From: an uncultured Acidobacteriota bacterium
GTDB lineage: Bacteria; Acidobacteriota; Thermoanaerobaculia; Multivoradales; JAHEKO01
Direction: 5' to 3'
Assembly (NCBI GenBank): GCA_963713825.1
Contig: CAVQNG010000025.1
Coordinates: forward strand, 160,001 to 224,000
Length of the DNA stretch: 64,000 nt
Numbering within the stretch: the first letter of the stretch is position 1; the number at the start of each line of letters is the position of its first letter. The position numbers and the translations under genes were made by a program. The notes beneath the pieces were generated by a model, which ran no database searches, was not told the origin of the DNA, and was given only the letters and a program-made list of their open reading frames with translations. Shown one piece after another: positions 19,267 through 28,455 of the stretch.

Positions 19267-20838
19267 ATGAAAATCCTCAAGAGTTTCGTAGCCGGTCGAT
19301 GGCATGAGGCAACGGCCGACCTTGTACCTCTGATCAATCCTTCGACGGAAGAGACCATCGCGCAGGCCTCTAGCACCGGGGTCGATTTTGCGGCGGTCCT
19401 ACTGCATGCCAGGCAGCAAGGCGCCCCCGCGCTCAGGGAATTGAGCTTCGTGCAACGAGGTGCTCTGCTGAAAGCCATGTCGAAGGTTCTGCGGCAGAAC
19501 AGGGACGAGCTGCTGGATCTGTCGAGGTTGAACAACGGCACTACGCCGAGCGATGGCTCCTTCGACATCGACGGCGGTGGGGCCACCCTGGCCTACTACG
19601 CTGGCCTGGCCCGAGGGTTCGAGGACGGGGGACTGATGACCGATGGGGGCGATGTGCCACTGAATCGAAGTGGCGGCTTCTGGGGTCGTCATGTCTGGGT
19701 CCCGAGGCGTGGCGTCGCCGTTCATATCAACGCCTTCAATTTCCCCGTCTGGGGCTTCGCGGAGAAGGCGGCCGCGGCCCTTCTGGCAGGGGTGCCGGTC
19801 ATCACCAAGCCTGCGACTTCGACGGCCCTCGTGGCTCAGAGGTGTGTCGAGATCATCATCGATGCCGGCGTCCTGCCCGATGGCGCTCTGCAGCTCATCT
19901 GTGGTTCGACGGGAGATCTCCTGGAGCAATTGGAACCCCAGGATGTGGTCGCCTTCACGGGCTCGGCGGCGACGGCCATCAAACTGCGGCAGGGTGAGCG
20001 GCTACTAGCCGCGAATTGTCGTTTCAATGTCGAGGCGGACAGCCTCAACGCCGCAGTTCTGGGGCCAGACATCGAACCGAACAGTCGGGTCTTCGAGATG
20101 TTTCTCGAGGATGTCACGCGTGAGGTGACCCAGAAGGCGGGGCAGAAGTGTACCGCCGTGCGTCGAATACTAGTTCCCCAGCGAAACCTCGAGGAGGTCC
20201 GGGAAGCTCTAGCCGACAGACTTTCATCAGTGGTGACCGGGAACCCTTCTGAGGAGGCCGTTCGCATGGGACCGCTGGCTTCGGCGCAGCAACTGGAGGA
20301 CGCCCTGGAAGGCGTCGTCGAACTCCATCGCGATGCTCGGATGGTCGTCGGCAACGGTCAGCGAGTCGATGGCGTTGGGAGTCCTGCCGGCAAGGGCTTT
20401 TTTCTGCAGCCGACACTGTTCGAAGCCTCCGATCCCGGTGGGGAAGGGGCGTTTCACCACCGAGAGGTCTTTGCACCCGTCGCCACTCTCCTGACCTATG
20501 ACGGGAGCGCTACTGTGGCTGCGAATCTCATGTCCCTGGCGGGGGGCACTCTCGTAACCTCCCTCTACAGCGATGACCAAGAATGGCTGGCTGAGTTTCT
20601 CGAAGCTGGAGCCAGCGATACGGGGCGCATCTACATCGGGTCCGAGTCGACGGTCGGCGAAGGCCCTGGGTCGGGTGCCGCCATGCCCCAGACCTTGCAT
20701 GGCGGGCCGGGTCGGGCTGGTGGCGGTGAGGAGTTGGGCAGCCTGATTGGAGCTCAGCTCTACATGCAGCGCGTGGCGCTTCAGGGTGATCAGGCTCTGC
20801 TCGGTCGCTTGACAGAAGGGCGGCAGCTGGAAAAGTAG
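19267..20838 (+). CDS. Aldehyde dehydrogenase, PaaZ-N/BoxD (3,4-dehydroadipyl-CoA semialdehyde dehydrogenase)-like
   Basis: FDIDGG, VHINAFNFPVWG..EK, EADSLN, KAGQKCTAVRR, HGGPGRAGGGEELG; no MaoC domain. Confidence 0.88.
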   Translation: MKILKSFVAGRWHEATADLVPLINPSTEETIAQASSTGVDFAAVLLHARQQGAPALRELSFVQRGALLKAMSKVLRQNRDELLDLSRLNNGTTPSDGSFDIDGGGATLAYYAGLARGFEDGGLMTDGGDVPLNRSGGFWGRHVWVPRRGVAVHINAFNFPVWGFAEKAAAALLAGVPVITKPATSTALVAQRCVEIIIDAGVLPDGALQLICGSTGDLLEQLEPQDVVAFTGSAATAIKLRQGERLLAANCRFNVEADSLNAAVLGPDIEPNSRVFEMFLEDVTREVTQKAGQKCTAVRRILVPQRNLEEVREALADRLSSVVTGNPSEEAVRMGPLASAQQLEDALEGVVELHRDARMVVGNGQRVDGVGSPAGKGFFLQPTLFEASDPGGEGAFHHREVFAPVATLLTYDGSATVAANLMSLAGGTLVTSLYSDDQEWLAEFLEAGASDTGRIYIGSESTVGEGPGSGAAMPQTLHGGPGRAGGGEELGSLIGAQLYMQRVALQGDQALLGRLTEGRQLEK

Positions 20839-20874
20839 CCGGCAGCCCATGTCGGGGCTTAGGTGCTTAGGGGC

Positions 20875-21771
20875 TCAAGAGGGTTTCGGTGCGCTCTGCG
20901 GTTCATTCCTCAACTCACTCAATCGTCGAGAAAAGGCGCGAAACGACTCGTCCGGGTCGTAGAACTTCTGGAAGGCTTCGACTTCCGACACCAGGGGCAT
21001 GATTCCCTTGGCCCTTGTCCACTCGATAAACGGCACCAGAAAGGGGGCGGCCCGCTCCAGCTCGAGCAAGAGGAGGCGGGCCGTAGCTCCTCCATGGTGC
21101 AAGAAGCCTGAAGTCTCATAGTCACGGACAGTCAGTTCCAGGTCGTAGTCGACCCGGCGGAACTCGACCGCCACCTCGTCATGGCTGAGCTGGAACACTG
21201 CGTATTGGGCTCTGCGATCTCTGTTGAAGGGCAGTCCGACTGCGCCGACGTTGACCACCAGGCCGGTCGGCAAGCGACACTCGAGCGGTCGATGGGTATG
21301 GCCGCAGACCAGGACGGGTTCGGTAACCTCGGAAAAGTGGGCCTCCACCTGCTGCTGGGAGGTCCATGGGCCGATTCCCTCACCATTGGATCGGGGAGTT
21401 CCGTGAACCACCCGAAGCTCGGGTGCTAGATTGCTCCGCAGGGTCAGTGGTAAGCCGGCGATGAAGGTGGCTGCCGCTTCGTCGAGCTCGGCGGCCATCC
21501 AGCGGGCGGCCGACCATTCGGGGGCGGCCAGCCAGCGGCTCTTGACCTTTCTGTGTCGGAAGGCGAGCAGGTAGTCCTCGTGATTGCCTCGCACGCTGCG
21601 CCAACGCTGTTCGGCAATTCTCCTCACGACTTCCTTGCCGCAGGGTCCACGCCCAACCAGGTCGCCGGCGACCAGGACCTCGTCGGGCCGCTGGTGAGCG
21701 ACATCCTCGATTACGGCCTCGAGAGCCGGAACATTGCCGTGAACGTCGGCGAGTACAGCGATGCGCTTCAT
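20875..21771 (-). CDS. Calcineurin-like metallophosphoesterase
   Basis: ADVHGN, GDLVGRG, RGNHE, VHG, CGHTH, NVGAVG. Confidence 0.92.
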   Translation of the reverse strand: MKRIAVLADVHGNVPALEAVIEDVAHQRPDEVLVAGDLVGRGPCGKEVVRRIAEQRWRSVRGNHEDYLLAFRHRKVKSRWLAAPEWSAARWMAAELDEAAATFIAGLPLTLRSNLAPELRVVHGTPRSNGEGIGPWTSQQQVEAHFSEVTEPVLVCGHTHRPLECRLPTGLVVNVGAVGLPFNRDRRAQYAVFQLSHDEVAVEFRRVDYDLELTVRDYETSGFLHHGGATARLLLLELERAAPFLVPFIEWTRAKGIMPLVSEVEAFQKFYDPDESFRAFSRRLSELRNEPQSAPKPS

Positions 21772-22283
21772 TCTTCCCTGGGCTTGGTCAGTTCGGCCTT
21801 CAAGAGCTGACGATCCACGATGGCCAGGACCAACTCGGCTCGGCAGACCCGGCGCTCGCCGACAAAGGCTTCGCCCTCCAATCGAGCGGCGCTTTGGCGT
21901 AGCTTTGTGAGCTTGACGCGGTATTCGAGCTGGTCGCCGGGCACGACGGGAGCCACGAATCGTGCGCTCTCGATCTGGAATGCCAACAGGTCCTTGTCGG
22001 CATGCCCCTCGAGGTTGTAGCGCACCATGACCGTGCCGGCTTGTGCCAGCCCCTCGCCGACAAGAACGCCGGGCATCAGGGGAAGACCGACAAAATGGGC
22101 CTCGAGAAACGGCGTCGAGTCTGGGATCTGATAGACCGCTCCGACCTCTGTGGTCTCGAGCCGATTCACCCGGTCGACAAAGAGGAAAGCCTCTCCATAG
22201 GGCAGGATCTGGAGGAGGGCCTGACGGTCGAGGTGGCCATCGGGATGGCGCAGGCGGTCGATGGCGACAGATGACTCAACCAT
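21768..22283 (-). CDS. 3-hydroxyacyl-ACP dehydratase (FabZ-like)
   Basis: LPYGEAFLFVDRV, AHFVGLPLMPGVLVGEGLAQ, FVAPVVPGD. Confidence 0.88.
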   Translation of the reverse strand: MVESSVAIDRLRHPDGHLDRQALLQILPYGEAFLFVDRVNRLETTEVGAVYQIPDSTPFLEAHFVGLPLMPGVLVGEGLAQAGTVMVRYNLEGHADKDLLAFQIESARFVAPVVPGDQLEYRVKLTKLRQSAARLEGEAFVGERRVCRAELVLAIVDRQLLKAELTKPREE

Positions 22284-23523
22284 CGAAGCGGCGGATTACC
22301 ATCGAGGCATTGGTTCCACCAAAGCCGAAGTTGTTCGACAGAACCGTGGTGAGGGCCTGATGACGAGTCTCTGTCACAACAGGCAGCCCCTCGACGGCAG
22401 GGTCGGGGGTTTCGATATTGACGGATGGAGCGATGAAGCCCTTCTCCATCATGCCTATGCAGAAGATCAATTCGAGGGCGCCAGCCGCTCCGATCCCATG
22501 TCCTGTCATGGACTTGGTGGAGGAGAACGGCGGTACACGGTCACCGAAGGTCGCCTGGATCGCCTTGACCTCGGCTATGTCGCCTTGGATGGTAGAAGTG
22601 CCGTGGGTGTTCACATAGTCGATCACATCGGGCTCGATCCCGGCATCGCTCATCGCCGCTCGCATACAGGCTCCGGCCTGAGCGCCCTCAGGCTCCGGCA
22701 GCACGAGATCGAAGCCATCAGAATTGGCGGCGTAGCCGATGACCTCGGCGCGAACTCGAGCGCCTCGCGCCAACGCCTGCTCCAGATCCTCGAGGACCAC
22801 GATGCCTCCACCGCCGCTGATGACGAAGCCGTCTCGTTTGGCGTCGAAGGGCCGCGAGGCCTTGGTTGGCGTGTCGTTGTAGTGCGTCGACAGTGCCAGG
22901 CGCAGTCCTTGAAATGCGGCCGCTACCAGCTCGGCGGTGTCCTCGCCGCCGCCAGTGATAGCGCGGTCCAGTACGCCGGCGCGGATCAATTCGTAGGCGT
23001 GACCTATGTTGTGGGCGCTCGTGGCGCAAGCGGAGCTCAGAGAGTAGCTCCTGCCCTTGATCTTGAACAGGTTGGCCACCGTCGCGCTCGAGGAGCTGGC
23101 CATGCAGCGCAGGACCGTGTAGGGATCGGCGCGCCGGATGCGCCCGGCATAGTACAAGTCGGCCGCCCTCTTCACGGAGTCGACGCTGCCCACTCCGGAG
23201 CCGACGATGCATCCAGTCTTGTCGCTGTTGAGCTCAGTCTGCTCCAAACCCGCATCGTCGACCGCGTCCCGAGCCGCCAGAGAGCAGTAAAGGGCGGCGT
23301 CGGACATGGCAGGTGTGAGCTTCTTCGACAGCTTCGCCGCCTCTTTCTTTTCGGCGATATTGTCGATCATTCCCGCCACCAGGCTTTTGAGACCCTTGCC
23401 CTCCCATTCCGGCACGGCCCGAATCCCGCTTCTGCCTTCGCGCAGAGATTCCAGCACGGGCTCGTAGTCGTGCCCCAGACAGGACACCAGTCCTACTCCG
23501 GTGATGGCAACTCGACGCGGCAT
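22276..23523 (-). CDS. fabB: Beta-ketoacyl-ACP synthase (FabB-like)
   Basis: SSACATSAH, ALSTHYNDTPTKASRPFD, NTHGTST, KSMTGH, NNFGFGGTN. Confidence 0.85.
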   Translation of the reverse strand: MPRRVAITGVGLVSCLGHDYEPVLESLREGRSGIRAVPEWEGKGLKSLVAGMIDNIAEKKEAAKLSKKLTPAMSDAALYCSLAARDAVDDAGLEQTELNSDKTGCIVGSGVGSVDSVKRAADLYYAGRIRRADPYTVLRCMASSSSATVANLFKIKGRSYSLSSACATSAHNIGHAYELIRAGVLDRAITGGGEDTAELVAAAFQGLRLALSTHYNDTPTKASRPFDAKRDGFVISGGGGIVVLEDLEQALARGARVRAEVIGYAANSDGFDLVLPEPEGAQAGACMRAAMSDAGIEPDVIDYVNTHGTSTIQGDIAEVKAIQATFGDRVPPFSSTKSMTGHGIGAAGALELIFCIGMMEKGFIAPSVNIETPDPAVEGLPVVTETRHQALTTVLSNNFGFGGTNASMVIRRFDG

Positions 23524-23526
23524 GGG

Positions 23527-23787
23527 TCAGGCGAGCTGCTCTAGCTTCTGGGTCACCATGGCCAAGACGTCGCCCACGGTGTCGAGGGATTCGATCTCTT
23601 CGTCTTCGATCGTGACGCCGAACTCATCCTCGAGATCCATGACCAGGGTGACGGCCTGGAGGGAGCTCAGGTCCAGGTCCTTTCGAAGAGTGGTCTGATC
23701 CGTCACCTTGGCAGCGTCGATCTCTTCGTCGGAAGCCGCGATCAGGTGTTGGATTATCCTGTCTCTGGTCGAGTCGGTAGCGCTCAT
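23527..23787 (-). CDS. Acyl carrier protein
   Basis: 86 aa, acidic; DLDLSSLQAVTLVMDLEDEFGVTI...TVGDV. Confidence 0.88.
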   Translation of the reverse strand: MSATDSTRDRIIQHLIAASDEEIDAAKVTDQTTLRKDLDLSSLQAVTLVMDLEDEFGVTIEDEEIESLDTVGDVLAMVTQKLEQLA

Positions 23788-23969
23788 CCTTGCTCTCCTG
23801 TGGTTCTTCTTCGCTCGGAATCATAGCTCATCGGAATGGATCTGCCGCGCTGTCGGAGTCTGGGCTGATCGTCGAGATTCAGCAGCGGCAGACGCGTCCA
23901 GGTGCAATAATGGGAAGTTGCTGTCATCCCGGTGCCAAAGGGAGCACCGGATGGATGAGGAGAGCGCCC

Positions 23970-25595
23970 ATGGTGACCTTGACCGAAAGCCCTTCAACTG
24001 CAGTCATCGACACGGAGCCAGCCCAGTTGCCCGAGGAAGAGATGGGCTCCATCAGCAGGGACATGCTCCGTCAGTTGGCGGCACTCGTGCCACTCGCTGG
24101 CGATGAGGGACCTCCGCTGCAGGTCCTCGCGCCCGGCACCGGGACCCGGCTGGCCAGCTATCCTCGCGGCACGCCGGCCGCTGTCAGGAAGGCGGTTCGA
24201 AGGGCCCGTCGTGCTCAGGCGGAATGGGTCGAGACCGACCTGGCCGAGCGTGGATCCATCTTGATGCGCTATCACGATCTGATCCTGACCCACCGGGAGG
24301 AGATCCTGGATCTGATCCAGCTGGAAACCGGCAAAGCTCGTATGAGTGCTTTCGAGGAAGTGGCCGACGTCGCCATGGTGTCCCGGTACTACGCTCTGAA
24401 TGCGCAGCGACACCTTGGCCCTCACCAGCGGAAGGGCGCTCTGCCGGGCCTGACCTCCACGTGGGAGCACCATCGCCCCAAGGGTGTCGTGGGGTTCATC
24501 TCTCCCTGGAACTACCCTCTGAGCATGGCGATCACGGACGCACTGCCGGCCCTCATGGCGGGCAATGGTGCGGTCTTGAAACCCGATCAGCAAACTCCTT
24601 TCACGGCGCTGTGGGCCTTGCAGCTCCTCCAGAAAGCGGGATTGCCCTACGACCTTTTTCAGATCGTCACAGGAAAGGGCTCGGAACTGGGCAGTCCTTT
24701 GATCGAGCAGGTCGACTACGTCGCTTTCACGGGGAGCACGAAGACGGGTCGCATCGTGGCCCGACAGGCCGCCGAGCGGCTCATCGGCTGTTGCCTCGAG
24801 TTGGGTGGCAAGAATCCGATGATCGTGCTGGCCGATGCCAACCTGGAGAGCGCGGTAGAGGGTGCCATCCGCGGTTGCTTCACAAACGCCGGTCAGCTCT
24901 GTATCTCGATCGAGCGTCTCTACGTCGATGAGTCCTTGTACGAGCGATTCACTCAACGCCTGGCAGCCAGGGTCTCTCGGTTGACCCTCGGTTCGCAGCT
25001 CGATTTCGAGGCCGACATGGGCTCACTGGTGTCGCAAGCCCAGCTGGAGAAGGTGGAGAGCCATGTGTTGGATGCGGTCTCCAAGGGCGCCAAGATCCTC
25101 GCTGGCGGTCGCCCCCGACCCGACATCGGTCCCTATTACTTCGAGCCAACAGTGCTCTGCGGTGTTACCGACGAAATGGAGATTTTTGGCGAGGAGACTT
25201 TTGGTCCAGTGGTTTCGGTCAGCTCCTTTGAAGCTGTCGAAGAGGCGATTCGGCGTGCCAACGAAAGTCGGTACGGGCTCAACGCTTCGATCTGGACGAG
25301 AAACTCCGAGTTGGGGCGGCAGGTAGCAGACCGCATCGAGGTAGGCACGGTGAACGTCAACGAGGCCTATGCCGCGACCTGGGGTTCGATCGATGCCCCA
25401 ATGGGAGGGTTCAAGGAGTCGGGATTGGGTCGACGGCATGGTGCCGACGGGATTCTCAAGTACACGGAAGCCCAGACCATCTCGGTGCAAAGAGGCATGC
25501 CCATCGCGCCGCCGTCCGGGGTCGGCGAAAAGGACTACAGCGAGCTGATGAGTGGCGCCTTGCGATTGCTGCGGTGGATTCCGGGCCTGCGCTGA
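23970..25595 (+). CDS. NAD(P)-dependent aldehyde dehydrogenase (succinic-semialdehyde dehydrogenase-like)
   Basis: ISPWNYP, FTGST, LELGGKNP, NAGQLCISIER, EETFGP. Confidence 0.9.
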   Translation: MVTLTESPSTAVIDTEPAQLPEEEMGSISRDMLRQLAALVPLAGDEGPPLQVLAPGTGTRLASYPRGTPAAVRKAVRRARRAQAEWVETDLAERGSILMRYHDLILTHREEILDLIQLETGKARMSAFEEVADVAMVSRYYALNAQRHLGPHQRKGALPGLTSTWEHHRPKGVVGFISPWNYPLSMAITDALPALMAGNGAVLKPDQQTPFTALWALQLLQKAGLPYDLFQIVTGKGSELGSPLIEQVDYVAFTGSTKTGRIVARQAAERLIGCCLELGGKNPMIVLADANLESAVEGAIRGCFTNAGQLCISIERLYVDESLYERFTQRLAARVSRLTLGSQLDFEADMGSLVSQAQLEKVESHVLDAVSKGAKILAGGRPRPDIGPYYFEPTVLCGVTDEMEIFGEETFGPVVSVSSFEAVEEAIRRANESRYGLNASIWTRNSELGRQVADRIEVGTVNVNEAYAATWGSIDAPMGGFKESGLGRRHGADGILKYTEAQTISVQRGMPIAPPSGVGEKDYSELMSGALRLLRWIPGLR

Positions 25596-25614
25596 GGACT
25601 GCCGGGAGGGTGCA

Positions 25615-26703
25615 ATGGCGAAGATCTTCTTGACGGGCTTTCCGGGGTTCCTCGGATCTGAGCTGCTGCCCAGAATTCTCTCCGCGGCCACGGATGAAAC
25701 TGCCATCTGCCTGGTGCAGGAGAAGTTCTCAGGTGACGCCGAGCGGAAGGTTGCAGCCCTGGTGTCGGAGTACCCTCACCTCGAGAACCGAATTGAGCTG
25801 CTGATCGGTGACATCACGAAGCCGAATCTGGGGCTCGCCAAGGCGAAGAAGCTCCATAAGTCCGTCACCGAGATCTTCCACCTGGCGGCCGTCTACGATC
25901 TGAGCGTGGACCGCAGCGTCGGGATGATGGTCAACGTGGACGGCACTCGTCACATGTTGGATTTCGCCACGGATTGCGTTGGCCTCGAGAGGTTCCAGTA
26001 CGTCAGCACCTGCTACGTCAGCGGTCGGTACGCCGGCATCTTTCGAGAGCGCGACCTGGTCAAGGGGCAGAAGTTCAACAACTACTACGAAGAAACCAAG
26101 TATCTGGCGGAAGTCGAGGTTCAGAAGCGGATGTTGGCAGGGCTGCCAGCAACGATCTATCGGCCGGCGATCGTGGTCGGGGATAGCCGGACCGGAGCCA
26201 CTCAGAAGTACGACGGTCCCTACTACGTCATGCGCTGGCTTCTCCGCCAGCCTTGGGTCGCTGTGCTGCCTGTGGTGGGTGATCCGACAACCGTGCGGGT
26301 CAACCTGGTGCCGAGTAATTTCGTTGTGGATGCCATCGCAGAGCTGAGCGGCCAGAAGAATTCACTGGGTAAGGTCTATCAGCTCGCTGACCCGAATCCG
26401 CTGACCGTGGACGAGCTGATCCGTGAGCTGGGTCGCGCCACGGGCCGAATGGTGATCCGCGTGCCGGCCCTGTGGGAAGCATCGAAGATGGCTATCGACC
26501 ATCTGCCTGGGGTCTATCGAATAATGCAGATCCCGTCATCTGCCATCGACTACTTCGTGCATCCCACTCACTACACCTGTGACAATACTGTCGAGGATCT
26601 GGCCGGAACCGGCATCGAGCTGCCCAGCTTTTTGGGGTACCTCGATCGCCTGGTCCAGTTCGTCAAGGAGCATCCGGAGATCGGCTCCGCAGCGATGGTT
26701 TAG
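25615..26703 (+). CDS. Extended SDR, thioester/fatty acyl reductase-like
   Basis: LTGFPGFLG, FHLAAVYD, NVDGT, YVST, YEETK, YRPAIVVGDSRTG. Confidence 0.85.
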   Translation: MAKIFLTGFPGFLGSELLPRILSAATDETAICLVQEKFSGDAERKVAALVSEYPHLENRIELLIGDITKPNLGLAKAKKLHKSVTEIFHLAAVYDLSVDRSVGMMVNVDGTRHMLDFATDCVGLERFQYVSTCYVSGRYAGIFRERDLVKGQKFNNYYEETKYLAEVEVQKRMLAGLPATIYRPAIVVGDSRTGATQKYDGPYYVMRWLLRQPWVAVLPVVGDPTTVRVNLVPSNFVVDAIAELSGQKNSLGKVYQLADPNPLTVDELIRELGRATGRMVIRVPALWEASKMAIDHLPGVYRIMQIPSSAIDYFVHPTHYTCDNTVEDLAGTGIELPSFLGYLDRLVQFVKEHPEIGSAAMV

Positions 26704-26806
26704 GCCGAGAGGCTTGGCACTCCGCCCCGGGATTGTGGATCGCGAAACTGCTCAGAGGCGAGGCAGGCGTCGTGGCAGGACCCCAATCGGCGTGGAAGGA
26801 CATCGA

Positions 26807-27562
26807 ATGAACGAAGAAGCAACGCTCATCGAAGTGCGGGACATCTGGTTCGGCTATGAGCGCAAGCCGGTTCTCGAGGCTGTCTCTCTAGAGATTTTGG
26901 CCGGCGATTTTCTGGCCATCATCGGACCCAATGGTGGGGGCAAGACAACCCTGGTCAAGGTCATCCTCGGGCTCTTGCGCCCCTGGTCAGGCTCGGTGAA
27001 GTTGAATCTGTCGGGCCGCCGTGGGGCCATCGGTTATGTGCCTCAGTTCACCGATTTCGATGACAGTTTCCCTCTCAAGGTCTTCGATGTCGTGCGAATG
27101 GGCCGACTCGGGGCGCGAGGTCCGCGGCGCTTCTACTCGAAGGACGACGACGAACAGGTCGAGCGTGGATTGGAGCGCCTGGGTCTCGGCGCCGTTGCTG
27201 GTGCCTACATAGGGGACCTCTCGGGAGGCCAGTTGCAGCGTACCCTGATCGCGCGGGCACTTGTCGGGCAACCCGAGATCCTCTTCTTGGACGAACCGCT
27301 GGGTTCCATCGATCCGGAATCCCGCATCGCCGTGATCGACGCCTTGCGAGAGATGCATGGACGGATCCCGGTCGTCGTGATCACGCATGACATCACGCCC
27401 TACGCTGGAATGGTGGAGCAGATTGCCTGCGTGAATCGAGAGCTCTTCTACCATCCCGGCTCCGAGCTCACCGAGGAGATGTTGGAGCAGGTGTACGGGT
27501 GCCCGGTCGAGTTGGTGGCCCACGGCGTGCCACACAGGGTGCTGGGTGAGCACCATCACTAG
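26807..27562 (+). CDS. znuC: Zn/Mn ABC transporter ATP-binding subunit (ZnuC-like)
   Basis: GPNGGGKT, IGYVPQ, LSGGQLQR, LDEP; C-terminal HGVPHRVLGEHHH. Confidence 0.88.
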   Translation: MNEEATLIEVRDIWFGYERKPVLEAVSLEILAGDFLAIIGPNGGGKTTLVKVILGLLRPWSGSVKLNLSGRRGAIGYVPQFTDFDDSFPLKVFDVVRMGRLGARGPRRFYSKDDDEQVERGLERLGLGAVAGAYIGDLSGGQLQRTLIARALVGQPEILFLDEPLGSIDPESRIAVIDALREMHGRIPVVVITHDITPYAGMVEQIACVNRELFYHPGSELTEEMLEQVYGCPVELVAHGVPHRVLGEHHH

Positions 27563-27566
27563 CGTC

Positions 27567-28451
27567 ATGTCGACCCTGATCGAGCTCTGGTCCTACGACT
27601 TCATACGCCAGGCCGTCTATGCGGCCCTGCTGGCCAGTGTCCTTTGTGGAGTCATCGGCACCTTCGTCGTCGTCAAGCGTCTGGTCTTCATCAGCGGCGG
27701 AGTCAGTCACGCCGCGTTTGGAGGCCTGGGTGTCTGTTACTACCTCGGGGTCGAACCCCTGATCGGAGCCGCAGTCGTGGCCATCGTGTCGGCATTGCTG
27801 GTGGCAGTCGGCGGTCGCCGGTGGATTCGATCTCAGGATGCCGTCATCGGGATCCTCTGGAGCGTCGGGATGGCGATCGGCGTCGTCTTCGTCGCCCTGA
27901 GTCCCGGCTACGCTCCCAATCTCATGACTTATCTGTTTGGCAACATCCTGACCGTCGGGCAAGAGGAAGTGTTGGTCACGCTGTTCTTCACCATCCTGGT
28001 ACTCGGCTTCGTGCTGCTGTTCTTCAAGGAGTTCGTGGCGGTCTCTTTCGATGAGGAGTTTGCAAGAGTGCAGGGGGTACCGGTGGGGATCTTCATGGCC
28101 GTCCTCATGGTGATGGTGGCGTTGGCCGTCGTCCTGCTGATTCAATTGGTCGGAATCATCCTGGTCATCGCTCTGCTGACGATTCCGCCGGTCATCAGCC
28201 TCAAGTTGACGCGCAGCTTCCTTTTCGTGATCCTTTTGTCGACGCTCATCGGCGCTGTCATGACGTTGGGTGGCCTGGCCCTGTCTTACGTCTTCGACCT
28301 GCCTTCCGGACCGACCATGGTCATCCTCGGGGCACTTCTGATGCTCCCGGCCTATCTCTGGCAACGCCTGATCAGCGGCGACTCTGCCAAGCTGCGCGGC
28401 GTCGGCCCGACCAAGGATCGAAGCCCTGCACAGACGGAATCCCGAGGCTGA
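27567..28451 (+). CDS. znuB: Zn/Mn ABC transporter permease (ZnuB-like)
   Basis: GVIGTFVVVKR, SHAAFGG, YLFGNIL, SFDEEFA, DLPSGPT. Confidence 0.9.
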   Translation: MSTLIELWSYDFIRQAVYAALLASVLCGVIGTFVVVKRLVFISGGVSHAAFGGLGVCYYLGVEPLIGAAVVAIVSALLVAVGGRRWIRSQDAVIGILWSVGMAIGVVFVALSPGYAPNLMTYLFGNILTVGQEEVLVTLFFTILVLGFVLLFFKEFVAVSFDEEFARVQGVPVGIFMAVLMVMVALAVVLLIQLVGIILVIALLTIPPVISLKLTRSFLFVILLSTLIGAVMTLGGLALSYVFDLPSGPTMVILGALLMLPAYLWQRLISGDSAKLRGVGPTKDRSPAQTESRG

Positions 28452-28455
28452 ACCG

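Noticed and set aside
22261-23544. 427-aa plus-strand ORF, and similar long antisense ORFs (7540-8670, 12555-13784, 27468-28694, 32348-33592, 35330-36646, 42002-43195)
   Set aside because: Exact antisense shadows of well-supported genes, expected from high-GC codon bias; no recognisable motifs
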